A stretch of DNA of 64,000 bases from Patescibacteria group bacterium (GCA_049322955.1 JBMOPU010000033.1:64784-128783), one strand, 5' to 3'; shown: positions 10,109 through 20,128, counted from the stretch's first letter. A program made the numbers and translations. The notes: generated by a model from the sequence alone, not told the origin.

Positions 10109-10705
10109 ATGACCCGTTTCCGCCTTCGGATAATTCCGTTTATTTTCCTTGCTCTCGTGTGCGCACATTTCCTGTGGCGTATCCTGACGCCTTCATGTAA
10201 AACGTACGACTGTATCAGTGTCTCGGGTAAGGATCTGGATCTTGTTGATACATACGAAGACACCGGTGTCGCCTGGCGCGGTCTTCTGCGGAGTGGGGAC
10301 ATGGATATCCGTTTAAAAGTTCTTCATGACATCCCACGTACTCAGTCTGATGAAATAACCAAGATTCATCTCACTGCCATGTTGGGTTTGTATGATGTTG
10401 CTCTGTCGCCGTATCCGGGTGCGATCTCACACACGATACGGTGTGACGAGCAGTTTAAGCCCGTACCTAAAAAAATCGTCGGAGATGCAAATCAGCAAGT
10501 AGTTTATTTTGCGGGCTTCCTTAATGCGCGCATGCAGTACGGAAGCTGTATTGAGAATCAAATTTCCTACCGGAGTTATGCCGGCATTGTTTATTGCGAA
10601 AAACAGAAGAAATGGGTACAAATCGAACTTATTATGCCAAAAGATTCCCCGGTATCCGATGGTGACGGTGAGCGGTTTATTCAACGTATTTCGTGTAAAA
10701 AATAA
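10109..10705 (+). CDS. Hypothetical exported protein, Cys-containing
   Basis: N-terminal TM; TACAAT 6 nt before the ATG; stop overlaps the next start (TAATG). Confidence 0.65.
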   Translation: MTRFRLRIIPFIFLALVCAHFLWRILTPSCKTYDCISVSGKDLDLVDTYEDTGVAWRGLLRSGDMDIRLKVLHDIPRTQSDEITKIHLTAMLGLYDVALSPYPGAISHTIRCDEQFKPVPKKIVGDANQQVVYFAGFLNARMQYGSCIENQISYRSYAGIVYCEKQKKWVQIELIMPKDSPVSDGDGERFIQRISCKK

Positions 10706-12201
10706 TGGTACGTATTGTCAAAAAAAGCGTCATATTTCGATCTCTCTATTATGTAGCGGCTTTCATAGGTTGCGGTATTCTTGTTGCTGGAATCTATCAC
10801 AATGCGGGGAAGATATTCCAAAGAAGTATTACGTGTAAAAACTGTAATGTCATACTGGTATCCCTGGATACATTAAGCGCTGACAATCTCTCCTGTTATG
10901 GCTACGAACATAATACCGCACCGAATTTATGCGCATTTGCAGACGGGCAAGTCAATTTTCCCCATGCATATGCAAATAGTACGTACACGCTACCAACCCA
11001 CGTCACGATGTTTACCGGTTTATACCCTTCTACACACACTATACAAGAGGTTGGAACCAAAAAAATACCCGTGACGGCACCGTTCCTTCCGTCGATACTC
11101 AAGGATAACGGGTACAGGACGATATTCGTTATGGATCAAGATAATCCCCATATGCCGACGGATACGGTGTACTTCCGGGGAATTGATACACGGTTTGATG
11201 AAGATACCGTTCCTTGGTCCGTGGCGCTTAATGAATTTGAAAATGTCACAAGCCGTGGAGAAAAAGCGTTTCTTTTTATCCATTCATACTATGTTCATCC
11301 TCCATACAATGAAGAAGATAAGCCGGCGTCGTATGCCGATGACGAATTTGATTGGATATTTTTGCGGTCTGCAGACAAAACCGGCAATACACAGAATTTT
11401 ATTGATTATCTCATTACCGCGTTGCAACACAATCTTGCAAACAATGTTCCCAAGGACCCTGCGGATCATCGGGCATTGCTTGATGAATTGATTGCGGGTG
11501 CGGGAAATTTAATTGCACAGCAGAAGGCCCTTTCCCGTTATAACACCGTTGTGAACCAATACCGTGAGAATTATGATCCTCTCATACGGTTGGATCCGGC
11601 GGATCCGCGTCAGATGTCGTACTTTAAGTCGGTTTATGATGATCGCATCAGGAAGCTCGACAGCGGTCCACTGCGTGATTTGCTAAGTTTTTTCCAGAAG
11701 CCTTCTATCGCATCCAATACGATCCTCATCATTACCTCTGATCACGGCGAAGAGTTCGGTGAGCACGGGTATATTTCACACAGCACCCTGTATAACCCCA
11801 ACACACATATCGTATTTACCATGGCAATTCCCGGTACGAAAAGCCGCCGAATCCTGGATTATGTGCAGACGGCAGATATTACCCCAACTATTATTGACCT
11901 TTTGGGGATTCGCACGAATTTTTCGTTTGATGGGATAAGCGTCGTCCGGACACTCTTGGGAGGCAGTATGCCAAAGCGCATGCTCGTGGCAAATTCGGCG
12001 CGTCTCACGACACTTCGTCTTGGCCGGTGGAAGTTGTTTTTGGATACGTCAGGGAAAGATTACGTCCCGATCGAATTGTATGACACGGAAAAAGATCCGA
12101 AAGAACGCATCAACCTGCTTTTTACTCATTTCCGGTTTGCACAGAATATGCTCAGTGTGTATAAGCGGCAAATTGATAAAATCACCCCTTTGTCCTTTTA
12201 A
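10705..12201 (+). CDS. Sulfatase-like / alkaline phosphatase superfamily protein, membrane anchored
   Basis: NVILVSLDTL, TLPTHVTMFTG, IITSDHGEEFGEHG, DITPTI, ELYDTEKDPKE. Confidence 0.82.
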   Translation: MVRIVKKSVIFRSLYYVAAFIGCGILVAGIYHNAGKIFQRSITCKNCNVILVSLDTLSADNLSCYGYEHNTAPNLCAFADGQVNFPHAYANSTYTLPTHVTMFTGLYPSTHTIQEVGTKKIPVTAPFLPSILKDNGYRTIFVMDQDNPHMPTDTVYFRGIDTRFDEDTVPWSVALNEFENVTSRGEKAFLFIHSYYVHPPYNEEDKPASYADDEFDWIFLRSADKTGNTQNFIDYLITALQHNLANNVPKDPADHRALLDELIAGAGNLIAQQKALSRYNTVVNQYRENYDPLIRLDPADPRQMSYFKSVYDDRIRKLDSGPLRDLLSFFQKPSIASNTILIITSDHGEEFGEHGYISHSTLYNPNTHIVFTMAIPGTKSRRILDYVQTADITPTIIDLLGIRTNFSFDGISVVRTLLGGSMPKRMLVANSARLTTLRLGRWKLFLDTSGKDYVPIELYDTEKDPKERINLLFTHFRFAQNMLSVYKRQIDKITPLSF

Positions 12202-12210
12202 AGCGTATGT

Positions 12211-12240
12211 TTGACTCAAATGTTATTTTGTTGTTATAAT
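12211..12240 (+). promoter_or_regulatory. Sigma70 promoter of the nusA operon
   Basis: TTGACT-N18-TATAAT with extended TG. Confidence 0.7.
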
Positions 12241-12262
12241 GTGCCTAGTGATGAGAGCTTTG

Positions 12263-12288
12263 GAAGGTGGGGCGACCCGCCTTTTTTA
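12263..12288 (+). terminator. Attenuator-like hairpin in the nusA leader
   Basis: AAGGTGGG-GCGA-CCCGCCTT followed by a T tract, between the promoter and the nusA start. Confidence 0.65.
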
Positions 12289-12309
12289 TTAAATACAAAG
12301 GAGAAAACC

Positions 12310-13467
12310 ATGCCAGCAGTCGTCAGAAGTGAATTTGCGTTAGCCTTAAATCAAGTCGCCACGGAGCGGGGAATTGATCCCAACGTGGTAATGGAAACCA
12401 TCAAAGCCGCCATTCTTGCCGCCTATCGGAAGGATTACGGTATTGATGAATTGTTGACGCTTACGGTTGACTTAAACCCCGATACCGGCGAAGCACGGGT
12501 CATGCAGGACGGAAAAGACGTTACCCCTCCCGGTTTTGGCCGTATCGCGGCACAAACGGCAAAGCAGGTTATTTTGCAACGTATCCGCGAAGCGGAAAAG
12601 CAGGCGGTACTTTCCGATTTTCAGGAAAAAGTAGGCGGCATCGTACCCGGAATGATTCTCCGGTTTGACGGTCCGAACATCATCGTCGATATCGGCAGAA
12701 CACAGTCGGTGATGCCCGTCAGTGAGCAAAATCCCGCGGAACGGTACCACTTAAATCAGCGATTAACTTTTTACATCGAAGGTATTCGCGAAACCATGCG
12801 AGGCAACGAGATCATCGTTTCCCGCGCGCACAAAGGACTTGTTGAAGGCTTATTTAAGCGTGAAGTGCCGGAAGTTGCGCAGGGTGCCGTTGAACTTCGC
12901 GTAGTCGCCCGTGAGGCGGGAAACAGGACAAAGGTCGCCGTATTTTCCTCGGCTCCCGGAGTTGATCCCGTAGGCTCCTGTGTCGGACAAAAAGGTGTTC
13001 GTGTGCAGGCCGTTATCAATGAATTGGGAGGCAATGAAAAAGTGGATATCATCCAATGGAGCGATGATATGAAGCAATTCATCATGGCAAGCTTGGCGCC
13101 CGCAAAAGATATGGATGTGGTATTAAACGAAAAGAAACAGTCTGCCGAAGTGTCCGTTCCCGATGATCAGCTTTCTCTCGCCATCGGTCGTGACGGAGGC
13201 AACGTTCGACTTGCCGCAAAGCTTACCGGTTGGAAGATCGATATCAAAGGCAAAGGGACAACAGCGGTTGCCGAATCGGCACCGACGGAAGCGGCGGTTG
13301 CGCCGGTCAATGATACCGAAGTCAAGGAAGATGCGCCGGCTGAGGAAGCTCCCATCGAAGGAGCCGAAGCACCGGTTACCGAAGAGGCAACGACACCTGA
13401 AGTAACGGAAGAAGCAAAAGAAGTATCCGTAGCATCCGACTCGACGAATACGACATCAGAAAACTAA
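12310..13467 (+). CDS. nusA: Transcription factor NusA
   Basis: FGRIAAQTAKQVI, DPVGSCVG, LSLAIGRDGGNVRLA; acidic tail. Confidence 0.97.
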   Translation: MPAVVRSEFALALNQVATERGIDPNVVMETIKAAILAAYRKDYGIDELLTLTVDLNPDTGEARVMQDGKDVTPPGFGRIAAQTAKQVILQRIREAEKQAVLSDFQEKVGGIVPGMILRFDGPNIIVDIGRTQSVMPVSEQNPAERYHLNQRLTFYIEGIRETMRGNEIIVSRAHKGLVEGLFKREVPEVAQGAVELRVVAREAGNRTKVAVFSSAPGVDPVGSCVGQKGVRVQAVINELGGNEKVDIIQWSDDMKQFIMASLAPAKDMDVVLNEKKQSAEVSVPDDQLSLAIGRDGGNVRLAAKLTGWKIDIKGKGTTAVAESAPTEAAVAPVNDTEVKEDAPAEEAPIEGAEAPVTEEATTPEVTEEAKEVSVASDSTNTTSEN

Positions 13468-13497
13468 GTATGAGACGAGTGTTGTTTTTCGTTTCTT

Positions 13498-14982
13498 ATG
13501 GGAAAAGACAAGCACATGCCAGTTCTTTCTTCACGGCCGCCGGTGGTTGCGGTGTTGGGGCATGTTGATCACGGAAAAACAACCCTTCTTGACTACATCC
13601 GCAAAGCAAACGTCGCCGCCCGTGAACACGGAGGAATCACCCAGCACATCGGTGCGTATCAGATAGACTACAAAACGAAGGCGAAAGAGCAACGGAAGAT
13701 CACCTTTATCGATACCCCGGGACACGAGGCGTTTAGTAAAATCCGTTCAAGAGGCGCATCTGCCGCGGATATCGCAATACTGGTGGTCGCCGCCAATGAC
13801 AGCGTCAAACCTCAAACAATCGAATCGATTCGGCAAATTAAGACGGCGGGAATTCCCCTTATCGTGGCTATCAATAAAGTTGATCTTCCCGGCATTATTA
13901 TCGACAAGGTAAAGTCGGATCTTGCCAAGCATGAAGTGCAGGTCGAAGGATTCGGCGGGGACGTTCCGTTTGTCTTAGTATCCGCCAAAGCGGGTACCGG
14001 GGTGGAAGATTTGCTGGAGCTTATTTTGCTGGTGTCTGACATGAAGGGACTTGCAAACGATGAAAAGAGTGACGTTCATGCGGTGGTTATTGAAGCAAAA
14101 GTAGATAAATTTAGAGGCCAGGTGGCGACTTTGCTGGTCAAATCGGGGACACTGACCTCGGCAAGTACGTTGTATGAAGGGCAAAAAGCATTAGGAAAAG
14201 TACGCGCTATGCTTGATGAAACGGGTACCAAAGTGGAATCTGCCGGTCCCGGTAAGCCTGTTGAGGTACTGGGATTTTCCGTACTTCCTTCCATTGGCGC
14301 GGTTATTTCCACAACCCCGCAACAGCCCTCTGTACAAGCCGCACCGACCGCCGCAAAAACGACCAATGTCGCCGATTTCCTGGCGGCCATGACCGCGGCA
14401 GACAAAAAACGATTGAAATTATTTATCAAAGCCGATACCTCAGGCTCGCTTGAGGCCGTTATTGAAGCGTTACCCAAAGACGAAATTGATATAGTCCACG
14501 GCTCGCTCGGAGACATTACCGAGGCGGATATTCTGGAAGCGGGAGCGATGGGAGCCGTGGTGGTCGGGTTTAACGTCAAGGCCGCGGGAGGTGTGGAAAA
14601 GCTCGCCGCCCATGAAAAAGTCATTTTCCGTATCTATACGATTATTTATGAGCTTTTGGACGAAATGGCCGATGTCGTCAGCGGGATGGAGGATCTTCTT
14701 ATCAAGGAGCGCGAGTTAGGGCAGGGCGCTATTATTGCCGAGTTTCCTTTTGAAAAAGATCGCATTGCAGGCACCAAAGTCGTCTCAGGCAGGCTAGCCA
14801 AGGGTGACATGGTGAAAATCATGCGAGGAGACACCGAGATCGGACGCGCACGAATACGCTCAATTCGGCAGGGTAAGAACGAAGTTACCAAGGTGGAAGT
14901 AGGCGGGGAGTGCGGTGTGCTGTTGGACAAAAAAGTTGATTTTACGCTCCAAGATGGTATAATAGCCTTCACTACAGGATAG
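13498..14982 (+). CDS. infB: Translation initiation factor IF-2, minimal form without N-terminal domains
   Basis: RPPVV..GHVDHGKT, GGITQHIGAY, DTPGH, NKVD. Confidence 0.97.
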   Translation: MGKDKHMPVLSSRPPVVAVLGHVDHGKTTLLDYIRKANVAAREHGGITQHIGAYQIDYKTKAKEQRKITFIDTPGHEAFSKIRSRGASAADIAILVVAANDSVKPQTIESIRQIKTAGIPLIVAINKVDLPGIIIDKVKSDLAKHEVQVEGFGGDVPFVLVSAKAGTGVEDLLELILLVSDMKGLANDEKSDVHAVVIEAKVDKFRGQVATLLVKSGTLTSASTLYEGQKALGKVRAMLDETGTKVESAGPGKPVEVLGFSVLPSIGAVISTTPQQPSVQAAPTAAKTTNVADFLAAMTAADKKRLKLFIKADTSGSLEAVIEALPKDEIDIVHGSLGDITEADILEAGAMGAVVVGFNVKAAGGVEKLAAHEKVIFRIYTIIYELLDEMADVVSGMEDLLIKERELGQGAIIAEFPFEKDRIAGTKVVSGRLAKGDMVKIMRGDTEIGRARIRSIRQGKNEVTKVEVGGECGVLLDKKVDFTLQDGIIAFTTG

Positions 14983-15064
14983 TCGTGTATTCGTATTACG
15001 GTACATCGTTTTTTTTTAAAATTTCGTGCGATGGAACGGGTAACGAAAAACGACACAACCAACT

Positions 15065-16042
15065 ATGACCTACGAAGAAGCACTCACCAAAGCAAAAGAA
15101 ATGGTCGGATCTGCGAGTGAAATCGTGATCGTGACCCACGGCAATCCCACCATGGATAGCATGGGAGCTTCGCTTGCCCTCATGTTAGGCGTGGTGTCGT
15201 TGGGCAAAAAGGCAACCGTCGTTTGCCCTGATGCCGTGACGGTCGGTTTATCGAATTTTGTGGGTGTGGATCGTGTGGTTCGGGATTTCGGCAAGAAAAA
15301 TTTCGTTATTTCCCTAGACTATGAAGACGGATCCATCGAAAAGGTAAGCTACAACATCGAAGGCAAGAAATTTAATCTCGTGGTAGAACACCGCCCGGGG
15401 TTCGAGCTATTTAGCGCCGATAAGGTACAGTATTCGTATCAGGGTGTGTCAGCCGATCTTGTCATCAGTGTCGATACACTTTCTCTTACCGATCTTGGTG
15501 CGGTGTATGAACAGCACAAAGACGTATTCGGCAAAACACCTATCATCAATGTCGATTTCCACAAAGACAATGTCAATTACGGGGCGTTGAATCTTGTCGA
15601 TCCCGGTGCCTCCTCAACGGCGGAACTTGTTGCCGAGCTTATGGCGACACTCGGGGTGAAACTGAGCACGGATATCGCGACGAACCTGTTAAATGCAATC
15701 TACGATGCGACCAATAATTTCCAAAATGCCAATGTCACCAGCATGGCATTTGAAGTGGCAAGCGTCTGTCTTAAAGCGGGTGCAAAACGTTTCGGCATTA
15801 CAGCGAACGCTCCGCGTGCCACATCCGAACCGAAAGTATACGTAGGAAACAAACCGGTTGAAGATAAACATCCCGCTCCGGTTTTGGATGTTACCCCGGT
15901 ACAAGCGCCGTCTGTCCCGCCTGCAGTAGTGCATGAAACGAAGCCGGCGGTAGGTTCCCCTCAGGATGAAGGGAAAAAACCGGTCAACCCTCCCTCTGAC
16001 TGGCTGAAACCCAAGATTTTTAAGAGTTCTTCGCTTGTTTGA
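15065..16042 (+). CDS. DHH-family (NrnA-like) protein with degenerate motifs
   Basis: IVTHGNPTMDSMG, INVDFH, ASSTAEL, IYDAT; located after infB. Confidence 0.7.
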   Translation: MTYEEALTKAKEMVGSASEIVIVTHGNPTMDSMGASLALMLGVVSLGKKATVVCPDAVTVGLSNFVGVDRVVRDFGKKNFVISLDYEDGSIEKVSYNIEGKKFNLVVEHRPGFELFSADKVQYSYQGVSADLVISVDTLSLTDLGAVYEQHKDVFGKTPIINVDFHKDNVNYGALNLVDPGASSTAELVAELMATLGVKLSTDIATNLLNAIYDATNNFQNANVTSMAFEVASVCLKAGAKRFGITANAPRATSEPKVYVGNKPVEDKHPAPVLDVTPVQAPSVPPAVVHETKPAVGSPQDEGKKPVNPPSDWLKPKIFKSSSLV

Positions 16043-16139
16043 GACAGCAACGGTAATCTCCCACTGGTAAATTTTTCGCCAATATCGTATAATGAGTGCC
16101 TTGGGAGCACAAAAGAGCGCGCTCCCTTTTATAAAGCAT

Positions 16140-16556
16140 ATGGCAACCAAAACCGCAAAAAAAGCAACGAAAACCGCCAAAACGGCAAAAGCAGTGAAGG
16201 AAACCAAAGAGCCGAAAAAAGCAACCGCGACCAAAACGACGAAGGTTGCAAAGCCGACCAAAGCCGCCGCAAAAGCGGCCGCAGACGAAGCCGCAATTCC
16301 GTCTCCCGAAAAACAGGAAATTATCGTCCAATTCGCACTGAAGTCCGGAGACACCGGTAGTCCCGAAGTGCAGGTTGCGCTTCTTACCCGACGCATCGAA
16401 AAGCTCGTCGAACATCTTCGCGGCAATCCGCATGATAATCATTCACGACGCGGCCTTTTGGGTATCGTGAGCAAACGACGACGTTTGTTAAACTATCTTG
16501 AGAAAAAAGATAAAAAGCGATTTGTCCAAATCAAGGAAAAATTAGGCTTAACATAA
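16140..16556 (+). CDS. rpsO: 30S ribosomal protein S15 with a Lys/Ala/Thr-rich N-terminal extension
   Basis: [24 protein letters not shown]. Confidence 0.96.
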   Translation: MATKTAKKATKTAKTAKAVKETKEPKKATATKTTKVAKPTKAAAKAAADEAAIPSPEKQEIIVQFALKSGDTGSPEVQVALLTRRIEKLVEHLRGNPHDNHSRRGLLGIVSKRRRLLNYLEKKDKKRFVQIKEKLGLT

Positions 16557-16569
16557 TATAAATTTACGG

Positions 16570-16701
16570 CGCACAGCGTCCCTGGAGCGATAAGAGGCCA
16601 GTGGTCGAGGATAGAGCATAGAAGTAGAAAACTTATCACGTTCTTCCGTTTTCTATCTTCAACCCCTCCGCTTCTTATACCCCACAAGGATGCATCGTGC
16701 G
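16570..16701 (+). promoter_or_regulatory. Long imperfect stem-loop in the pnp leader
   Basis: Nested pairings CGCAC/GTGCG, GCGTCC/GGATGC, ATAAGAGG/CTTCTTAT, GAGG/CCTC, GAAG-TAGAAAAC/GTTTTCTA-T-CTTC. Confidence 0.65.
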
Positions 16702-16708
16702 GAAATCT

Positions 16709-18901
16709 ATGAACATTATCTCCAAATCTGCGGAGATCGCAGGAAAAACCCTGACTCTTGAAGTAGGGAGATTTGCCGAACAGGCATCGGCGGCAGTGCT
16801 TGCCAAATACGGTGAGACGATGGTGCTTGCAACCGTCACCGCATCAAGTAAAGAAACAACGCTTGATTATTTTCCTCTTTCCGTCGAATACGTCGAACGG
16901 CTGTATGCCGGCGGTCGTATCAAGGGTTCCCGTTGGGTTAAACGGGAAGGAAGACCGACGGATGACGCGGTACTGGCCGGTCGGGTAATCGATCGTTCCA
17001 TTCGTCCGCTTTTTCCGAAGTCATTTAAACGCGACGTACAGGTGATTATCACCGTTCTTTCCGTCGACGGACAAAACGATCCCGACGTATTGGGACTGGT
17101 TGCAACCAGTGCCGCTATCGCAATTTCACCCGTTCCCTGGAAGGGACCGATCGGTGGCGTGCGGGTAGGGTATGTCAAAGAAACGGGTACCGAAAAAGGC
17201 GCATATATTATCAACCCGACAACTTTGGAACAGGAAACGAGTGAATTTGATTTCATCGTCTCCGGTACGAGTGAAAAAGTCGTGATGCTTGAGGGAGGTT
17301 TCTGTGAAACACCCGAACCCATCGTATTCGGTGCCATCGAAGAAGCCAAGAAGGCAAACGGCGAAGTGATTGCCCTTATCAACGAACTCGTCAGCGCCGT
17401 CGGCAAAGAAAAAATCACGCTTCCTGAAGTCAGTGAAGCGGACGAACTGAAAAAGAAAATCGCCAAAGACTACGCCAAAGAAATGGAAACGGCATTTGCA
17501 AAGAAAGCCGAAAAAGAATTCGGCGGAACGGAAATTGCGGAGCTTGCAAAGACCATTTCCGAGGCATACGGCACCGATTATTCCTTAAAGGATATCGAGG
17601 CGGCCCTTGATGCACTGTTCAAAAAACAGGTTCGCGACAATGTCTTAATGCACGGGAAGCGATTCGACGGCCGAAAGATCGATGAAGTACGACCGATCGA
17701 TATCGATGTCAGCATTCTTTCCCGCACGCACGGGAGCGCGATGTTCAAGCGGGGACAGACACAGGTATTGACGGTTGCCACCTTGGGCACCCCGAGTCTT
17801 GAACAGCTTATCGAGAGTCCGATGGGTGAGGAGTCAAAGCGATACATCCACCATTACAGCATGCCGCCGTATTCCGTCGGAGAGACGGGAAGAGTGGGCA
17901 CGCCGAATCGCCGGGAGATCGGACATGGCGCACTTGCCGAACGGGCATTGCTTTCCGTGATTCCTTCCGAAGAGGAATTTCCTTATACGATTCGTTTGGT
18001 ATCCGAAGTCATGAGTAGTAACGGCTCGACCTCCATGGCAAGTACCTGCGGATCGACGCTCGCGCTTATGGATGCGGGAGTACCGATCAAAGAACCGGTT
18101 GCGGGTATCTCCATCGGTCTTATGACCGACAAAGAGAAGTTTGTGTTGTTGACCGACATTTTGGGCATTGAAGATTTTTCGGGCGACATGGACTTTAAGG
18201 TAGCGGGAACCAAAAACGGTATCACCGCCATTCAGCTCGATATCAAAATCGAAGGATTGAATGAGGCTATTGTCGAACAGACGCTTGAGCGCGCGCGCAT
18301 TGCCAGGATGATGATCCTTGAAAAGATTGCGGCGGTGATAAAGTCACCCAGACAGGCAGTGTCGCAGTATGCGCCGAAGATTAAGGTGATTAAGATTCCG
18401 ACCGAACGAATCGGTGAGGTTATCGGTCCCGGCGGAAAAGTTATCCGCAACATCATCGCAACGACGGGTGCAACCGTTGACGTCAATGATGACGGGTCGG
18501 TATTTATCTCGGGCACCGACGCCGATAGTGTGCAGAAAGCAGTTGCGTGGGTCGAAGGATTGACGCACGATGTTGAAGTCGGTGAGGAATTCGAAGGGGA
18601 AGTGAAACGAATTCTTCCGTTCGGCGCGTTTGTCGAAATTTTGCCCGGCAAAGAAGGCATGGTGCATGTTTCGCAAATGAGCACCGATTTTGTCGATGAT
18701 CCTTCAACGGTCGTATCTATCGGCCAGGTTGTGAAGGTGCGTGTAATGGAAATTGATGAACAGCGACGGATCAACCTCTCCATGCTTTTTGGAGAAGATG
18801 CCGAGAAAAAATCGGCCGAACGTCGGGAACAACGGGGCGGCAATGATCGCCACGGCGGAGGCCGACGAGGCGGTTTTGATCGCGGCCGACGACGCTATTA
18901 A
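16709..18901 (+). CDS. pnp: Polyribonucleotide nucleotidyltransferase (PNPase)
   Basis: RREIGHG, SNGSTSMAS, GDMDFKVAG, KH and S1 domains. Confidence 0.98.
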   Translation: MNIISKSAEIAGKTLTLEVGRFAEQASAAVLAKYGETMVLATVTASSKETTLDYFPLSVEYVERLYAGGRIKGSRWVKREGRPTDDAVLAGRVIDRSIRPLFPKSFKRDVQVIITVLSVDGQNDPDVLGLVATSAAIAISPVPWKGPIGGVRVGYVKETGTEKGAYIINPTTLEQETSEFDFIVSGTSEKVVMLEGGFCETPEPIVFGAIEEAKKANGEVIALINELVSAVGKEKITLPEVSEADELKKKIAKDYAKEMETAFAKKAEKEFGGTEIAELAKTISEAYGTDYSLKDIEAALDALFKKQVRDNVLMHGKRFDGRKIDEVRPIDIDVSILSRTHGSAMFKRGQTQVLTVATLGTPSLEQLIESPMGEESKRYIHHYSMPPYSVGETGRVGTPNRREIGHGALAERALLSVIPSEEEFPYTIRLVSEVMSSNGSTSMASTCGSTLALMDAGVPIKEPVAGISIGLMTDKEKFVLLTDILGIEDFSGDMDFKVAGTKNGITAIQLDIKIEGLNEAIVEQTLERARIARMMILEKIAAVIKSPRQAVSQYAPKIKVIKIPTERIGEVIGPGGKVIRNIIATTGATVDVNDDGSVFISGTDADSVQKAVAWVEGLTHDVEVGEEFEGEVKRILPFGAFVEILPGKEGMVHVSQMSTDFVDDPSTVVSIGQVVKVRVMEIDEQRRINLSMLFGEDAEKKSAERREQRGGNDRHGGGRRGGFDRGRRRY

Positions 18902-19021
18902 GTCGTCTCTTCAACGCATCCGCATGCAACAGGGGCAAGACCCATCGGGAGTTCTTCCGCGGGGTATCTTTACTCAAAATCGCCGCAGGAATTGCGTGGG
19001 TAAATTTGTTATGATAGACGT

Positions 19022-20128
19022 ATGTCCAGACTGCTCGATGAAGTAAGTGTTCTTCGGAAAAAACTGAAAGAAGCCGCCGTTCCTCCCGAAATGGAAACGC
19101 GGATGATTGCAAACCTCGAGGAAGTTGAACGATTGGAGCATGATATCACGGCGCGGGTGCATATTGAGCAGATGCTTCGGTATATCGATTGGGTCATTAA
19201 TCTTCCCTGGAATAACCGGAGTCAGGACGAAATTGATTTAAAAAACGCGCGAACGATTCTTGAGACGCATCACTACGGATTACAGCCGGTGAAAGAACGT
19301 ATTTTGGAATACCTCGCCGTCATGAAGCTCAATCAAGATCGGTGGAAGAAGGAAGCGGCAGTTGCTTCGGAAGACTCACGCGAGTCGGAAGCAAAAAGCA
19401 CCCATGCGATGCTGGCAAGAAGGGCTCCCATACTTTGTCTTGTCGGGCTCGTCGGTACGGGTAAAACGACCTTGGCAAAATCGATCGCCCAGGCGATGGG
19501 AAGACGATTTGTCCGTATTGCCTTCGGAGGAATGTCCGACGCATTGGAACTGCGCGGACAGTCACGGGTGCGACCCGATGCGGAAATCGGACTCATTCTC
19601 AAGGGCTTGCGATTTGCGGGCACAAAAAATCCGGTGATACTGCTTGATGAAATTGATCGTGTGTCCGAGCACGCGCGAGGGGATATTATGGGTGTGCTGG
19701 TTGAATTACTTGATCCGGAACAAAACTCGGCGTTTGTCGATCACTATATGGATTATCCGTTTGATCTTTCGGAAGTGTTGTTTATCGCAACCAGTAACAA
19801 TACCACCAATATCGCAACCGCGGTGCTTGACCGTCTCGAGCCTATCCAGATGCCGTCGTACACCGATGCGGAAAAAATTGAAATCGCCAAAAAATATGTC
19901 ATGCCCGCGCTTATGAGAGAATCGGGCTTGACGGGTGAGAATCTGACGATTGATGAGGCGATGTGGGCGAAACTCGTCCGCCCGTTGGGGTATGATGCCG
20001 GAATCCGTTCCATTGAACGGACATTAAATAGCGTATGCAGAAAAGTTGCCCTTTCCATCGTGGAAGGCAAACAGACGTCGTTTCATATCGACGAAAATAA
20101 TATTAAAAGTTTTATAGAAGTGTATTAG
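19022..20128 (+). CDS. Lon-family AAA+ ATPase lacking the N-domain and the S16 protease domain
   Basis: HYGLQPVKERILEYLAV, PILCLVGLVGTGKT, ILLDEID, LLDPEQNSAFVDHY; ends before the protease domain. Confidence 0.85.
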   Translation: MSRLLDEVSVLRKKLKEAAVPPEMETRMIANLEEVERLEHDITARVHIEQMLRYIDWVINLPWNNRSQDEIDLKNARTILETHHYGLQPVKERILEYLAVMKLNQDRWKKEAAVASEDSRESEAKSTHAMLARRAPILCLVGLVGTGKTTLAKSIAQAMGRRFVRIAFGGMSDALELRGQSRVRPDAEIGLILKGLRFAGTKNPVILLDEIDRVSEHARGDIMGVLVELLDPEQNSAFVDHYMDYPFDLSEVLFIATSNNTTNIATAVLDRLEPIQMPSYTDAEKIEIAKKYVMPALMRESGLTGENLTIDEAMWAKLVRPLGYDAGIRSIERTLNSVCRKVALSIVEGKQTSFHIDENNIKSFIEVY

